NCBI GenBank assembly: GCA_005223125.1
Contig: NJBH01000022.1
Location: forward strand, 1-61,298
Source: Promethearchaeota archaeon Loki_b32
GTDB lineage: Archaea; Asgardarchaeota; Lokiarchaeia; Sigyniarchaeales; SOKP01
Direction of reading: 5' to 3'
DNA: 61,298 bases
The notes under the pieces: model-generated
What the model was told of the DNA's origin: nothing
The model's input: only the letters and a program-made list of their open reading frames with translations
Database searches by the model: none
Shown here: piece by piece, positions 50,570-59,853 of the stretch
Numbering within the stretch: position 1 is the stretch's first letter
Layout of the letters: every line of letters begins with the position of its first letter
Translations under genes and position numbers: made by a program

Positions 50570-50989
50570 TTGATAGAGATGGAACCTCCTCAAGAATACC
50601 AAGAACAGCTTATAAAAATTCGATATTTAAGAGAACAGTATAATATGTTTCAAGGGCAGTTAGAAATCATTAACGCTTCTCTCGGGAATATTATGAATAC
50701 TAAAAGAACTGTAGAAAATTTAAAAGAGGGAGTAAAACAAGATGATGAAATTCTATTACCTATTGGAGGTTTAGTTAATATAAAAGCATCAATTAAAGAA
50801 CCAGAGAAGGTTCTATTAGCTGTTACTCAAGATGTTATAATTGAGAAGGATTTAGATGGTGCTCTCGAATTTCTTAATAGATTGATTGAGCAACATAATA
50901 AACAAACTCAATTTTTAAGAACTCAATTACAAAATATAGAAATGACCCTTCAAGAAATTTCTCAAAATGTTCAAAGAGGGGATACATAA
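50570..50989 (+). CDS. pfdA: Prefoldin subunit alpha
   Basis: Coiled coil - EILLPIGG..IKA...EKVL..V...VIIEK - coiled coil. Confidence 0.92.
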   Translation: MIEMEPPQEYQEQLIKIRYLREQYNMFQGQLEIINASLGNIMNTKRTVENLKEGVKQDDEILLPIGGLVNIKASIKEPEKVLLAVTQDVIIEKDLDGALEFLNRLIEQHNKQTQFLRTQLQNIEMTLQEISQNVQRGDT

Positions 50990-51055
50990 TATTAGAGTTC
51001 TTGTATTAATCTCGTTAGAATTTTAATTATAGCTTAAATATTTATGGTGAAATAA

Positions 51056-51949
51056 ATGCTTGAAAAATTAAAAAACACTTTTTCATCATTTGTTAAAAAA
51101 ACTTTAACAGAAAAAAAGTTAGATGATGCTATCAATGATTTAAAATTACTTCTTTTAAGTAACGATGTAGCTATTGACACTGCTGAAGAGATTTGTAATA
51201 AGATTATTAAGTCCTTCGAAGGAGAACAAATAGGACGCTTAACATCAATCCAAAAAATGTTATTCGATACTTTAAAAGAAACTTTATCTGAAATCTTAAC
51301 ACCTGAAGAAGATTTAGATCTACTCTTAGAAATTAATAAAAAAAAAAGTAAACCTTATGTAATTGTGTTTCTCGGAGTTAATGGAACGGGAAAAACAACA
51401 ACTATGGCTAAAATTGCTTATTTTTTAAAAAAAAATGGATTATCAATTGTAGCAGCAGCAGCAGATACATTTCGAGCAGCAGCAATTGAACAATTATCCT
51501 ATCACATGGATAATGTAGGAATAAGAGTTATAAAACATGAATATAAATCAGATCCTGCTTCAGTTGCGTATGATGCTATTGAACATGCTAAAGCTAAAAA
51601 AATTGAGGTGGTTATGGTTGACACAAGTGGGAGGCAAACGACAAACAAAAACTTAATGTTAGAGATGCAGAAGATAGTCCGTGTGGCAAAACCAGATTTA
51701 ATTGTATTTGTTGGTGATTCTTTAGCTGGTAACGATGCGGTTTACCAAGCTAGAGAATTCAAGAAAAACGTCGGGATTGATGCAAATATTTTAACTAAAT
51801 TAGATGCTGATGCAAAAGGGGGTGCTGCTTTGTCTATCTCATTTGAAACTAAAAAACCTATTATTTTTGTTGGAGTGGGTCAAGGTTACGAGGATTTAAA
51901 ACCATTCGATAGAGAAATGTTTATATCAAATATACTTGAGCTTGTTTAA
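51056..51949 (+). CDS. ftsY: Signal recognition particle receptor FtsY
   Basis: GVNGTGKTTT, DTFRAAAIEQL, DTSGR, TKLDADAKGG, GVGQGYEDL. Confidence 0.96.
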   Translation: MLEKLKNTFSSFVKKTLTEKKLDDAINDLKLLLLSNDVAIDTAEEICNKIIKSFEGEQIGRLTSIQKMLFDTLKETLSEILTPEEDLDLLLEINKKKSKPYVIVFLGVNGTGKTTTMAKIAYFLKKNGLSIVAAAADTFRAAAIEQLSYHMDNVGIRVIKHEYKSDPASVAYDAIEHAKAKKIEVVMVDTSGRQTTNKNLMLEMQKIVRVAKPDLIVFVGDSLAGNDAVYQAREFKKNVGIDANILTKLDADAKGGAALSISFETKKPIIFVGVGQGYEDLKPFDREMFISNILELV

Positions 51950-52010
51950 TTTAGTGTTATAAGATAATCTTAACAGATAACTTTTTATCTAACAAATCTT
52001 TTTTTTTAAT

Positions 52011-52250
52011 GTGTCAAATTACCCGAAATATGATAAGTATACTCAAGCCAATAAGAAAAAAAAGCCAGGCTATTATGAAAGAATAGCTACTTTTTTTCAA
52101 AATACAAAGAGAATAATAAAAATAGCAAATAAGCCTAACCGTAAAGATTATTTCTTAGTATTCAAAATTTGTGCTATAGGGATAGTGCTTTTAGGTGCTG
52201 TTTCATATGTATTACAATTGATTTTTTCTGTAGCAATGCCTATTGGATAA
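52011..52250 (+). CDS. secE: Protein translocase subunit SecE/Sec61 gamma
   Basis: RIIKIANKP.RKDY..V.KICAIG followed by a TM helix. Confidence 0.9.
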   Translation: MSNYPKYDKYTQANKKKKPGYYERIATFFQNTKRIIKIANKPNRKDYFLVFKICAIGIVLLGAVSYVLQLIFSVAMPIG

Positions 52251-52273
52251 CTTTTTTTGAATTAAATTACTAT

Positions 52274-53494
52274 TTAGAAAAAATGTACTAAGATATTCTC
52301 TGGAATATTTAATTCTCCCTCTTTATTTTTACATCCAATGAATTTAATTTTCATATTGAGGGAAAGGGAAAGTAATCTTTTTGTTAATATGCCATCAATC
52401 ATTAAAATTTGAGTATCTTTGAAATCTCTTATTTTTTCAAAAATTTCACCTACGGGAATATCAAACAACTTTTCGAGACTCTTATTAAAGCCAATAGCAT
52501 AACCTGCTTTAATACTCTTAGTTGCTTCTATAATTATGTTATCATCTTTAATTTTAAGTTTCTTTAAGATTTTCTGAAAACTATCCTTAGTGTCATCGTA
52601 TCCCTTCTCTATTATACTTTTATCTTTAATTTTTTTAATTGATTTTGCAGGTTTTTTATTTTGTAAGGCTTTTATCAATTGTTTTCTAGTTAATTCTTCA
52701 ACTTCAAATCCTTCAGGAGCTCTAGCTACATTATCAATCTTAGTGACTTGTAAAAGTTCATTAAGAATAATCGTTCCACCACGATCTCCATCTACAAATG
52801 CAGTTACTGATTTTTTTTGTTTAGCTAGTTTAATGACGGATTTAGGTACATGAGTTCCTTGAACAGAAATGGTATTTTTTACACTAACTCTTAATAGATT
52901 TAAAACATCAGCTCGACCTTCTACAATTATCAATTCTGGATTAGATTCTACATCTGGACCAGCTGGAAGTTTTTCTGGACCCCATGAGATAATTTCTCCA
53001 AGTTTGATATCTGTATCTATTTTTTCTTCTATTTCACTCTGATCTAATGATTTTTGATCCCACTCTTTTAAAAGCTCGGCTGCTCTTTCTATAATTCTTT
53101 GTCGTTTAGTTTCACGAACATCTCGAATTTCAGTTAGAGTAATTTCAGCTTCGCAAGGGCCGACCCGAGAAACAGTCTCAACTGTGGCTGCTAATAATGC
53201 AGTCTCCTTTCTCGTTAGTGATGATGGAATTTTAATGATGCCTTCGGAAATTCCCTCTTTAGATTCGTTTTCTACTTCTATTCTTCCGATCCGTCCTGAT
53301 TTCTGTAGGTCTCTCAAATCAAGGTCTAACAGTAATCCCTCTGTTTGTCCAAAAATTGCCCCTACGACATCCGACTTCTCAACTACACCTTTAATTTTAA
53401 ATTTAACTTCTATAATGTATTTAGTTGTAAATTCACTTTGGCTTGTAATCTTATCCACTTCCTTTTTTATTTTATTTTTTTTATATATGTTCAA
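52274..53494 (-). CDS. dnaG: Archaeal DnaG (TOPRIM; exosome-associated)
   Basis: DVVGAIFGQTEGLL, GRIGRI, IVEGRADV, DGDRGG. Confidence 0.95.
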   Translation of the reverse strand: MNIYKKNKIKKEVDKITSQSEFTTKYIIEVKFKIKGVVEKSDVVGAIFGQTEGLLLDLDLRDLQKSGRIGRIEVENESKEGISEGIIKIPSSLTRKETALLAATVETVSRVGPCEAEITLTEIRDVRETKRQRIIERAAELLKEWDQKSLDQSEIEEKIDTDIKLGEIISWGPEKLPAGPDVESNPELIIVEGRADVLNLLRVSVKNTISVQGTHVPKSVIKLAKQKKSVTAFVDGDRGGTIILNELLQVTKIDNVARAPEGFEVEELTRKQLIKALQNKKPAKSIKKIKDKSIIEKGYDDTKDSFQKILKKLKIKDDNIIIEATKSIKAGYAIGFNKSLEKLFDIPVGEIFEKIRDFKDTQILMIDGILTKRLLSLSLNMKIKFIGCKNKEGELNIPENILVHFF

Positions 53495-54004
53495 AAAATC
53501 AAAATCTAAAGGAAGTCTTATGAAATAGAAGTAGAATCTAGCCCGTTGAATTAGAAATTATGTTAAATTAATTTTTTCTAATTAAATTCTTAAATATATT
53601 GTCTATTAATATAATATTGTAAATTGTTATTAAGCGTGAATTATGAACCTACTTCTCATTTTTAATTATAAGTTTGACCAATAGTTTTGATTTACTGAAC
53701 TAATTATAATTTTAGTTATTTTTTGTTAATTTTTTTATTGATTTGTTTAATTGGTTAAAAATTTTAATTTTTTTATTTATAAATTTAATATTTTGAAAGT
53801 ATTATTATGATTGGTTAACTACTTGGTAATATAATAAATAATTTTGATAATAATTATTATTATATCTTCATAAAATTATTCAATCAATTTATTTTTTGCT
53901 AATTAAAAGAATAAAATTGTAATAATCTAATCTATTCAGTTAGTTTTTTATGTTATTTTTATTTTTGATATTATAAATTATAGGTTTTAAAACAATATTT
54001 AATC

Positions 54005-55027
54005 ATGGAGAAAATTATTGTTTTAGGGGGAAAAGGAGGAGTAGGGAAGAGTTCCATCAGTGCAGCTACAGCAGTGCTGCTTTCAGAATTACTCCCTAAC
54101 AAAAAAATTCTTCTTATATCCTTTGATATGGCACATAATCTAAGTGACTTATTCAAATTGGAGATAGGTAATAAAGTAACATCATTAACAAAAAATCTTT
54201 GGTGTATTGAGCCAGACGCTAATAGTTATGCCAAGAAATACACTAAAGATTTAATAGAAAAAATGAAAACCCTTACAAAGCAAATGCCTTTTGTGGGGAG
54301 GATTCCTCAAATAGAAAAATTTATAGATACAACATTTACAGCTGATTCAATTCCGCTTGCGTTAAAAAATGCCATGTTTTTTCAAAAAATTTTAGATGCA
54401 GAAGACATTAATACTCAGGATATTCAATATGATATAATAATTGCAGATTTCCCTCCCACGGCAAATATGATTACTCTTTTTGAGATTCCCGAAGACCAAG
54501 TAAAAGTAGTACTAAAGTATTCATTAAATTTTTATAATTCTATTAAGGGGGCAATTCGAAATGTTTCAAAAATGTGGAGAAATATAGTTAAACCTTTTGA
54601 TAATTATGAAGAAAGAAGAGAATTGGGAAAAGATATATTTAATATGATTGTTGAATTAGAAAAGCGCGGAGAACGAATTTCAGATCTAATTCACGATATT
54701 GGTTCACTTAGATTGGTAACTATAGCTGAAAAACCAAGCTTTGAAGAAATTAAAAGAGCTAGAGATTTAACAAAAAGATATATTAAATTAGAGGGAGTTC
54801 ACATAAATATGATTATACCTGAACCAAAGAAATGTGATTTTTGTCATAAAATTAGATCACTTCAACTTAATTATGCTACAGAAATCAAAAAAGAATTTAA
54901 AAAGTTAAAAATTTGGCAATCAGAGAAGCTTGAAGAAGAACCTATTGGATTAGATGGTCTAAGAACTCTTGCTTATGAAATTTATGGAGATGCTACTTCT
55001 GATGAAATATTAAAACCAAAACCATAA
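54005..55027 (+). CDS. ArsA/Get3-family ATPase (single domain)
   Basis: GGKGGVGKSS, SFDMAHNLSD, DFPPT, CDFC, EPIGLDGL. Confidence 0.88.
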   Translation: MEKIIVLGGKGGVGKSSISAATAVLLSELLPNKKILLISFDMAHNLSDLFKLEIGNKVTSLTKNLWCIEPDANSYAKKYTKDLIEKMKTLTKQMPFVGRIPQIEKFIDTTFTADSIPLALKNAMFFQKILDAEDINTQDIQYDIIIADFPPTANMITLFEIPEDQVKVVLKYSLNFYNSIKGAIRNVSKMWRNIVKPFDNYEERRELGKDIFNMIVELEKRGERISDLIHDIGSLRLVTIAEKPSFEEIKRARDLTKRYIKLEGVHINMIIPEPKKCDFCHKIRSLQLNYATEIKKEFKKLKIWQSEKLEEEPIGLDGLRTLAYEIYGDATSDEILKPKP

Positions 55028-55116
55028 TTAAGGCGATAATGTAGAACAAATAATACTTAAAATATTTTTTTAAGAAAAAATAAGAAAAAAATATGAAAAA
55101 GTGAGTTGCTAAATTA

Positions 55117-55799
55117 TTATTTTCGTATACTATCCGTATATTTATTCGATTGATTAATTAACATTTCTAATTGATCCTTTTCAATTGGAAGTTCTTCAAA
55201 CTCCTTTTGAGCTTCTATAATTAAGTCATCAAGAGAAGGAAGAGTTCCTTTATCCTCTATCATCCATTTGGTCATAGTGTTTAAATCATTTTCACCATCC
55301 CAATCTATTGTTGGAATATCTTCTTTAGTGTGAATACTTTTCTTATAAATACCTTCAGTTAATGCTTTATCTAATAGAGTGTCACAAGAGATCCATTTTT
55401 CAGAAAGATAACACTCACACCAAGGATGATGTCGTATTATATCTGGGGACAACTTGTAAAATGATTTTGAAACTATGCCTTTAATACATTCTTTACGCAA
55501 AGAAGCAATATGATATCTAGCTGGGATATTGACAGCACGTAACAATGCAACTTGAAGATTTGTTTTGGTACCACAATCACCAAATCTTTTTTAAAGAGTT
55601 TCAGATGCTTTGTCAAATTCACACATCATGAATTTTATCTGATCTCTTACAAAATGAAAAATACTTAACGCCATCTCTTTAGGAATTTTGTCATTCTTAG
55701 TAAATTCTTTTGCCTTAGCAATTATTGCTTGATTGTTACAATCACAAAATTCTGTGGATTCAAAAAATCTTCCATACCTTCCATTGACTGTAAATTCAT
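55117..55799 (-). pseudogene. Transglutaminase-like protein pseudogene
   Basis: STEFCDCN..IFHFVRDQIKF..ASETL*KRFGDCGTKTNLQVALLRAVNIPARY..HPWCE..D. In-frame TAA at 55591-55593 and an apparent frameshift near 55760 relative to the ATG at 55799. Confidence 0.8.
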
Positions 55800-55951
55800 T
55801 CTAAATTTCAACCTCATAAAAATTTAAAAATTGACAAATTTGTTATATTATACTTAATTTAAATAATTTATTTATACCACAAAATTAGAAGGATTTAGGA
55901 TAATTACAAAAATAAACAAAAATAAGAAATTTATTGCAAAATTTTTCTAAA

Positions 55952-56133
55952 TTAAGTTCCCTCTTCATATCCATGAATATAATTGTATTGTTCTTCTGTT
56001 AAAGTATCTATTTTAACTCCCATTGCTTTTAATTTGAGAAATCCAACCTTGTCGTCAATGTCAATTGGGACGTCAACCATACCTGGCTTTAGAGAATCTT
56101 TATTTTTTACAATATATTCTGAAATTAAGGATT
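55952..56133 (-). repeat. Duplicated 3' end of ahcY (direct repeat of 57022-57203)
   Basis: Encodes SLISEYIVKNKDSLKPGMVDVPIDIDDKVGFLKLKAMGVKIDTLTEEQYNYIHGYEEGT*, near-identical to the AhcY C-terminus; offset 1070 bp. Confidence 0.93.
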
Positions 56134-56206
56134 AAAAATATTAATTAAACATAGGAGTTTTTCAGATATAGTCATCTTTATATATGATAGAATCATATAA
56201 TATCAT

Positions 56207-56704
56207 ATGGTAATATCTAATTCAAGTCCATTAATACATCTAACCAGATTAGGAAAGATAAACTACTTGTTTAAATTGGTGAAATATATAAACATCCCTA
56301 AAGCTGTATTCGATGAGGTCGTGGTAAAAGGAAAATTTAAGAATTACTCAGAAGCTTTTACCATTGAAAGTTTTATTAAAGAAGAAAAAATTATAGTCAC
56401 TAATTTAAATTCATTTGATGAATCATTTTATCCCCCAATAGGTAGAGGAGAACTAGAATCACTTGAATTAGCTAAACAGAAAAATGAATTGTTATTAATT
56501 GATGAAAAAAAAACTCGAAATTTAGCTCAAATCCTTCAGATTGAACATCAAACAACTATAGCAACTATTTTTGAGCTTTTAATTTCAAATAATATTGATT
56601 TTTCTGAATATAAATCAAACTTAAAAAAATATGCAGAAAATAGTTGGGTTTCAGCAGATATTATCCAAGAATATATTGAGAAAGGTGAGGATTATGGGAA
56701 ATAA
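56207..56704 (+). CDS. PIN-domain (DUF3368/VapC-like) toxin
   Basis: VISNSSPLIHL, IPKAVFDEV, GRGELESL.LA, LLIDEK. Confidence 0.88.
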   Translation: MVISNSSPLIHLTRLGKINYLFKLVKYINIPKAVFDEVVVKGKFKNYSEAFTIESFIKEEKIIVTNLNSFDESFYPPIGRGELESLELAKQKNELLLIDEKKTRNLAQILQIEHQTTIATIFELLISNNIDFSEYKSNLKKYAENSWVSADIIQEYIEKGEDYGK

Positions 56705-57014
56705 AATATCTATCATATTACTAGATGATTTGAAAGAAGAAATTGATAAGTTAAAGGAAATATATAAGGAGGAGCAATCCTCGTATATAAGAAAGTTATT
56801 ATGGAAAAGTGTTGCTCAGGAAAAATTAGATTATGCTTTAAATCAATTCATCGATGATAAAACATCTTTAGGAAAATCTGCCGAAATTGCGGGGATTTCC
56901 ATTTGGGAAATGCTCGATGAATTACATAAAAGGAATATTACATTAAAATATAAAATTTCGGAAGCAGAATTAGAAATTGAAAAGATATTAAAAAAATATA
57001 AAAAAATAGAATAA
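56694..57014 (+). CDS. UPF0175-family antitoxin (RHH + HTH)
   Basis: SSYIRKLL, SLGKSAEIAGISIWEM..EL; ATG at 56694 overlaps the toxin stop. Confidence 0.85.
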   Translation: MGNKISIILLDDLKEEIDKLKEIYKEEQSSYIRKLLWKSVAQEKLDYALNQFIDDKTSLGKSAEIAGISIWEMLDELHKRNITLKYKISEAELEIEKILKKYKKIE

Positions 57015-57021
57015 ATATAGA

Positions 57022-58290
57022 TTAGGTTCCTTCTTCGTAGCCGTGGATGTAGTTATATTGCTCCTCTGTTAAAGTATCAATTTCAACTCCCATTGATTTT
57101 AATTTGAGAAATCCAACCTTGTCGTCAATGTCAATTGGAACGTCAACCATACCTGGCTTTAGGAAATCTTTATTTTTTACAATATATTCTGACATTAAAG
57201 ATTGTAAAGCGAAGGACATATCCATTACTTCACTTGGGTGCCCTTCTGATAAGACTAAATTAGCTAATCGTCCTTTTGCTAAGAGATAAACTTTCTTACC
57301 ACTAGGAAAGATTAATTCTTCTACATTCTGTCGAATTGGTTTAATTTCTTTTGAATATTCATAGAGTTCTTTTGTAGGAATTTCAATATCAAAGTGTCCA
57401 AGATTTCCAAGGATAACTCCATCCTTTAATTTATCAAATAGTTCTGTTTTAGGAGGAATAACATGCTTACATCCCGTAGCTGTTAAGATAATATCCGCAT
57501 AAGTTAGAGTATCTTCAATTGGTTTAACTGAAAATCCAGCAAATATAGCTTGTAACGCTTTTATAGAGTCAACTTCTGTGACAGTTACATTAGCACCCAA
57601 TCCCCGCGCTCTGAGTGCCATACCTGAACTACAATGCCCATATCCCGCTATAACTACATTCTTACCTGCAAAAAGAACATGCATTCCGTAAATTGCTGAA
57701 ACTATACCCTGTCCTGTTCCTAATTCATTATCAAATTGATTTTTACATCGAGCATCATTAACGGGGAAAAGTGGCACTTTCAACAGACCTTGGCTATCCA
57801 TCGCTTTAAATCTCTTAACACCTGTGGTGGTTTCTTCTTGACACGCCATAATAGTACCTGATTTTATAAGATCTTCATATTCCTGATGAGCAGTTACAAT
57901 CATATCAGCACCATCATCAATTAAGATATTAGGTTTGGCATTTAAGCACTGTCTTATACACCAATAGAATTCTTCATCCGTATTTCCGTGCCAAGCAAAA
58001 ACATTAATCCCTTCTTGTGTTAATGCTGCTGCCACATCATCTTGTGTTGATAATGGATTACTACCACAGAGATAAACTTCAGCTCCACCAGCTTTCAGAG
58101 TTCGAGCAAGATTACCAGTTTCTTTTGTTATATGCAAACAGCCGGCGATTGTTATACCTTTTAATGGTTTTTCTTTCTGAAATCTTTCACGAATTACCTT
58201 TGCAGTGACAGGCATTTTATTTTCTGCAATATATAGTGCTTCTTTTCCTTGATCAGCTAAACTTTCATCCGCTACTTTATAATTAACCAT
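57022..58290 (-). CDS. ahcY: S-adenosylhomocysteine hydrolase
   Basis: GCLH, SNPLSTQD, DDGAD, EETTTG, VND, ATG, GHFDIEI, GRLANL..GHPSEVMDMSF. Confidence 0.97.
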   Translation of the reverse strand: MVNYKVADESLADQGKEALYIAENKMPVTAKVIRERFQKEKPLKGITIAGCLHITKETGNLARTLKAGGAEVYLCGSNPLSTQDDVAAALTQEGINVFAWHGNTDEEFYWCIRQCLNAKPNILIDDGADMIVTAHQEYEDLIKSGTIMACQEETTTGVKRFKAMDSQGLLKVPLFPVNDARCKNQFDNELGTGQGIVSAIYGMHVLFAGKNVVIAGYGHCSSGMALRARGLGANVTVTEVDSIKALQAIFAGFSVKPIEDTLTYADIILTATGCKHVIPPKTELFDKLKDGVILGNLGHFDIEIPTKELYEYSKEIKPIRQNVEELIFPSGKKVYLLAKGRLANLVLSEGHPSEVMDMSFALQSLMSEYIVKNKDFLKPGMVDVPIDIDDKVGFLKLKSMGVEIDTLTEEQYNYIHGYEEGT

Positions 58291-58410
58291 TTCAATTTCA
58301 CTTTCTTTTTTGTAAGAATATTAATTTTAATTAATTAATAAACCTTTTTTTGGTTAGATGCAAATATTTATATATAAAATTTAACAATTAATTAATAACA
58401 ATTAAAAAAT

Positions 58411-59703
58411 TTGCAAAATTGTAATAATATGAGTATTATTAAAGATCAGGCAGAAGTCCAAAGATTTATAAAAAATTTAAGTGGAAAAACCAAATTTATT
58501 GTTTCAAAAAATTCACGTGCGATAGGACTCTCTAGACAAACATATCAAAACAAACTTGATGGTTTGAGAGATCAAAAAATAATTACAAATTTCACTATAA
58601 ACATAAATCCAAATATTCGGCCAAATAATTTGAAATATGTGATGCTTGAAATTAAAACTAACCCAAAAGAACCTGAGTTAGTCAAAAGATTGTTAGAAAT
58701 ACCCCAATTGAGAACGTTGGATGGAATAATTGGGGACTTTTCTTTATTCGCCTTATTTATCTTTAAATCTCCTGAAGAATACTATCAGATATTAAACACA
58801 ATAGACAAAATAATGGCAAAATCATATTTTAAAAAATATCAAATTATTGAAACTATTAAGGTGTTTAAGACAAATGGAATTAGCTTGAGGAAATCAAGAA
58901 TATCATTTGAAGAAGAAATAATGGATAAATTAAAAGAAAGAAAGGTTGATGATAGCGAGAATATAGAAATCGAAATTCAAAATAAAATTGATTTAAATCA
59001 AATTGCTCAAAAAAATGCAGAAATCGAATACAATCCTGAGAAATTTCCAGGTATTGTTATGAAAATTGAAAATACTCCCACTAAAATTTTAGTTTTTTCA
59101 AATGGTAGAATTGTTCTTACTGATTTAAAGAATATAAAAAAACCCGAATTATTAATAGAGAAAATAATTATGAATATAAGGAAAACTGGGATAAAATTGG
59201 ATAAGAAAAACATTAATCAAGATTTTGAAGTAGACAATATTGATTATATAATTTTAAATATATTAAGAGATGGTCAAGGACTTAAACCAATATCCACATA
59301 TGAAATTAGAAAGATCTTTAAAGATCAACTTAAATTGGAAATTTCACAATCAACTATTCATAACAGAATTAAAAAACTTGAAAGTGAAGGTGTGATCTTG
59401 AACTATACTGTAAATTTTCATCCAAAAAAAATAGATTTTAAAGGAAAATATCTTCTTCGAATTAAACCGAAAGATCCGTCAAAATATAACGAGCTTGCTC
59501 TTAGATTGGATATGAACAAAAATATTACTGATTTATTTCGAATAGGTGAACAATATGGACTATTTGCAATAGTTAGAGTAAAGAAAATTGAAGATTATGC
59601 AACTTTTATTAGAGATCTATATAGTTCAGAAGAAATCGAAGATACTTACACAAATTTTGTTTTGGATGAGTTAAAACCATACACTAATTTCTCAGTCTTT
59701 TAA
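58411..59703 (+). CDS. Tandem Lrp/AsnC transcriptional regulator with an internal single TBP repeat
   Basis: HTH1 GLSRQTYQNKLDGL..IITNFTININP + RAM; TBP-like ENI..IDLNQIA..IEYNPEKFPGIVMKI..KILVFSNGRIVLT; HTH2 DNIDYIILNIL..ISQSTIHNRIKKLESEGVI + RAM. Confidence 0.85.
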   Translation: MQNCNNMSIIKDQAEVQRFIKNLSGKTKFIVSKNSRAIGLSRQTYQNKLDGLRDQKIITNFTININPNIRPNNLKYVMLEIKTNPKEPELVKRLLEIPQLRTLDGIIGDFSLFALFIFKSPEEYYQILNTIDKIMAKSYFKKYQIIETIKVFKTNGISLRKSRISFEEEIMDKLKERKVDDSENIEIEIQNKIDLNQIAQKNAEIEYNPEKFPGIVMKIENTPTKILVFSNGRIVLTDLKNIKKPELLIEKIIMNIRKTGIKLDKKNINQDFEVDNIDYIILNILRDGQGLKPISTYEIRKIFKDQLKLEISQSTIHNRIKKLESEGVILNYTVNFHPKKIDFKGKYLLRIKPKDPSKYNELALRLDMNKNITDLFRIGEQYGLFAIVRVKKIEDYATFIRDLYSSEEIEDTYTNFVLDELKPYTNFSVF

Positions 59704-59853
59704 TTAGTAGTTTTATAACAGAAATCGTTCTAATTTTTATTAAGTATTACATATGAATTTAAAATTATTTGACTAAATTCTTAATAACTTTGAGAAATTT
59801 CATAATTTAAAGTTAAAGATTTATACAAACAATTAATACCTATTATTCAAAGT

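Noticed and set aside
53530-54000. Long AT-rich intergenic region as a replication origin
   Set aside because: No ORB-like repeats and no adjacent orc1/cdc6 gene; it is explained as a divergent promoter region.
58960-59195. Calling the 58411 gene the cell's canonical tbp
   Set aside because: Only one TBP repeat is present and it is embedded in an Lrp protein; canonical TBP has two repeats.
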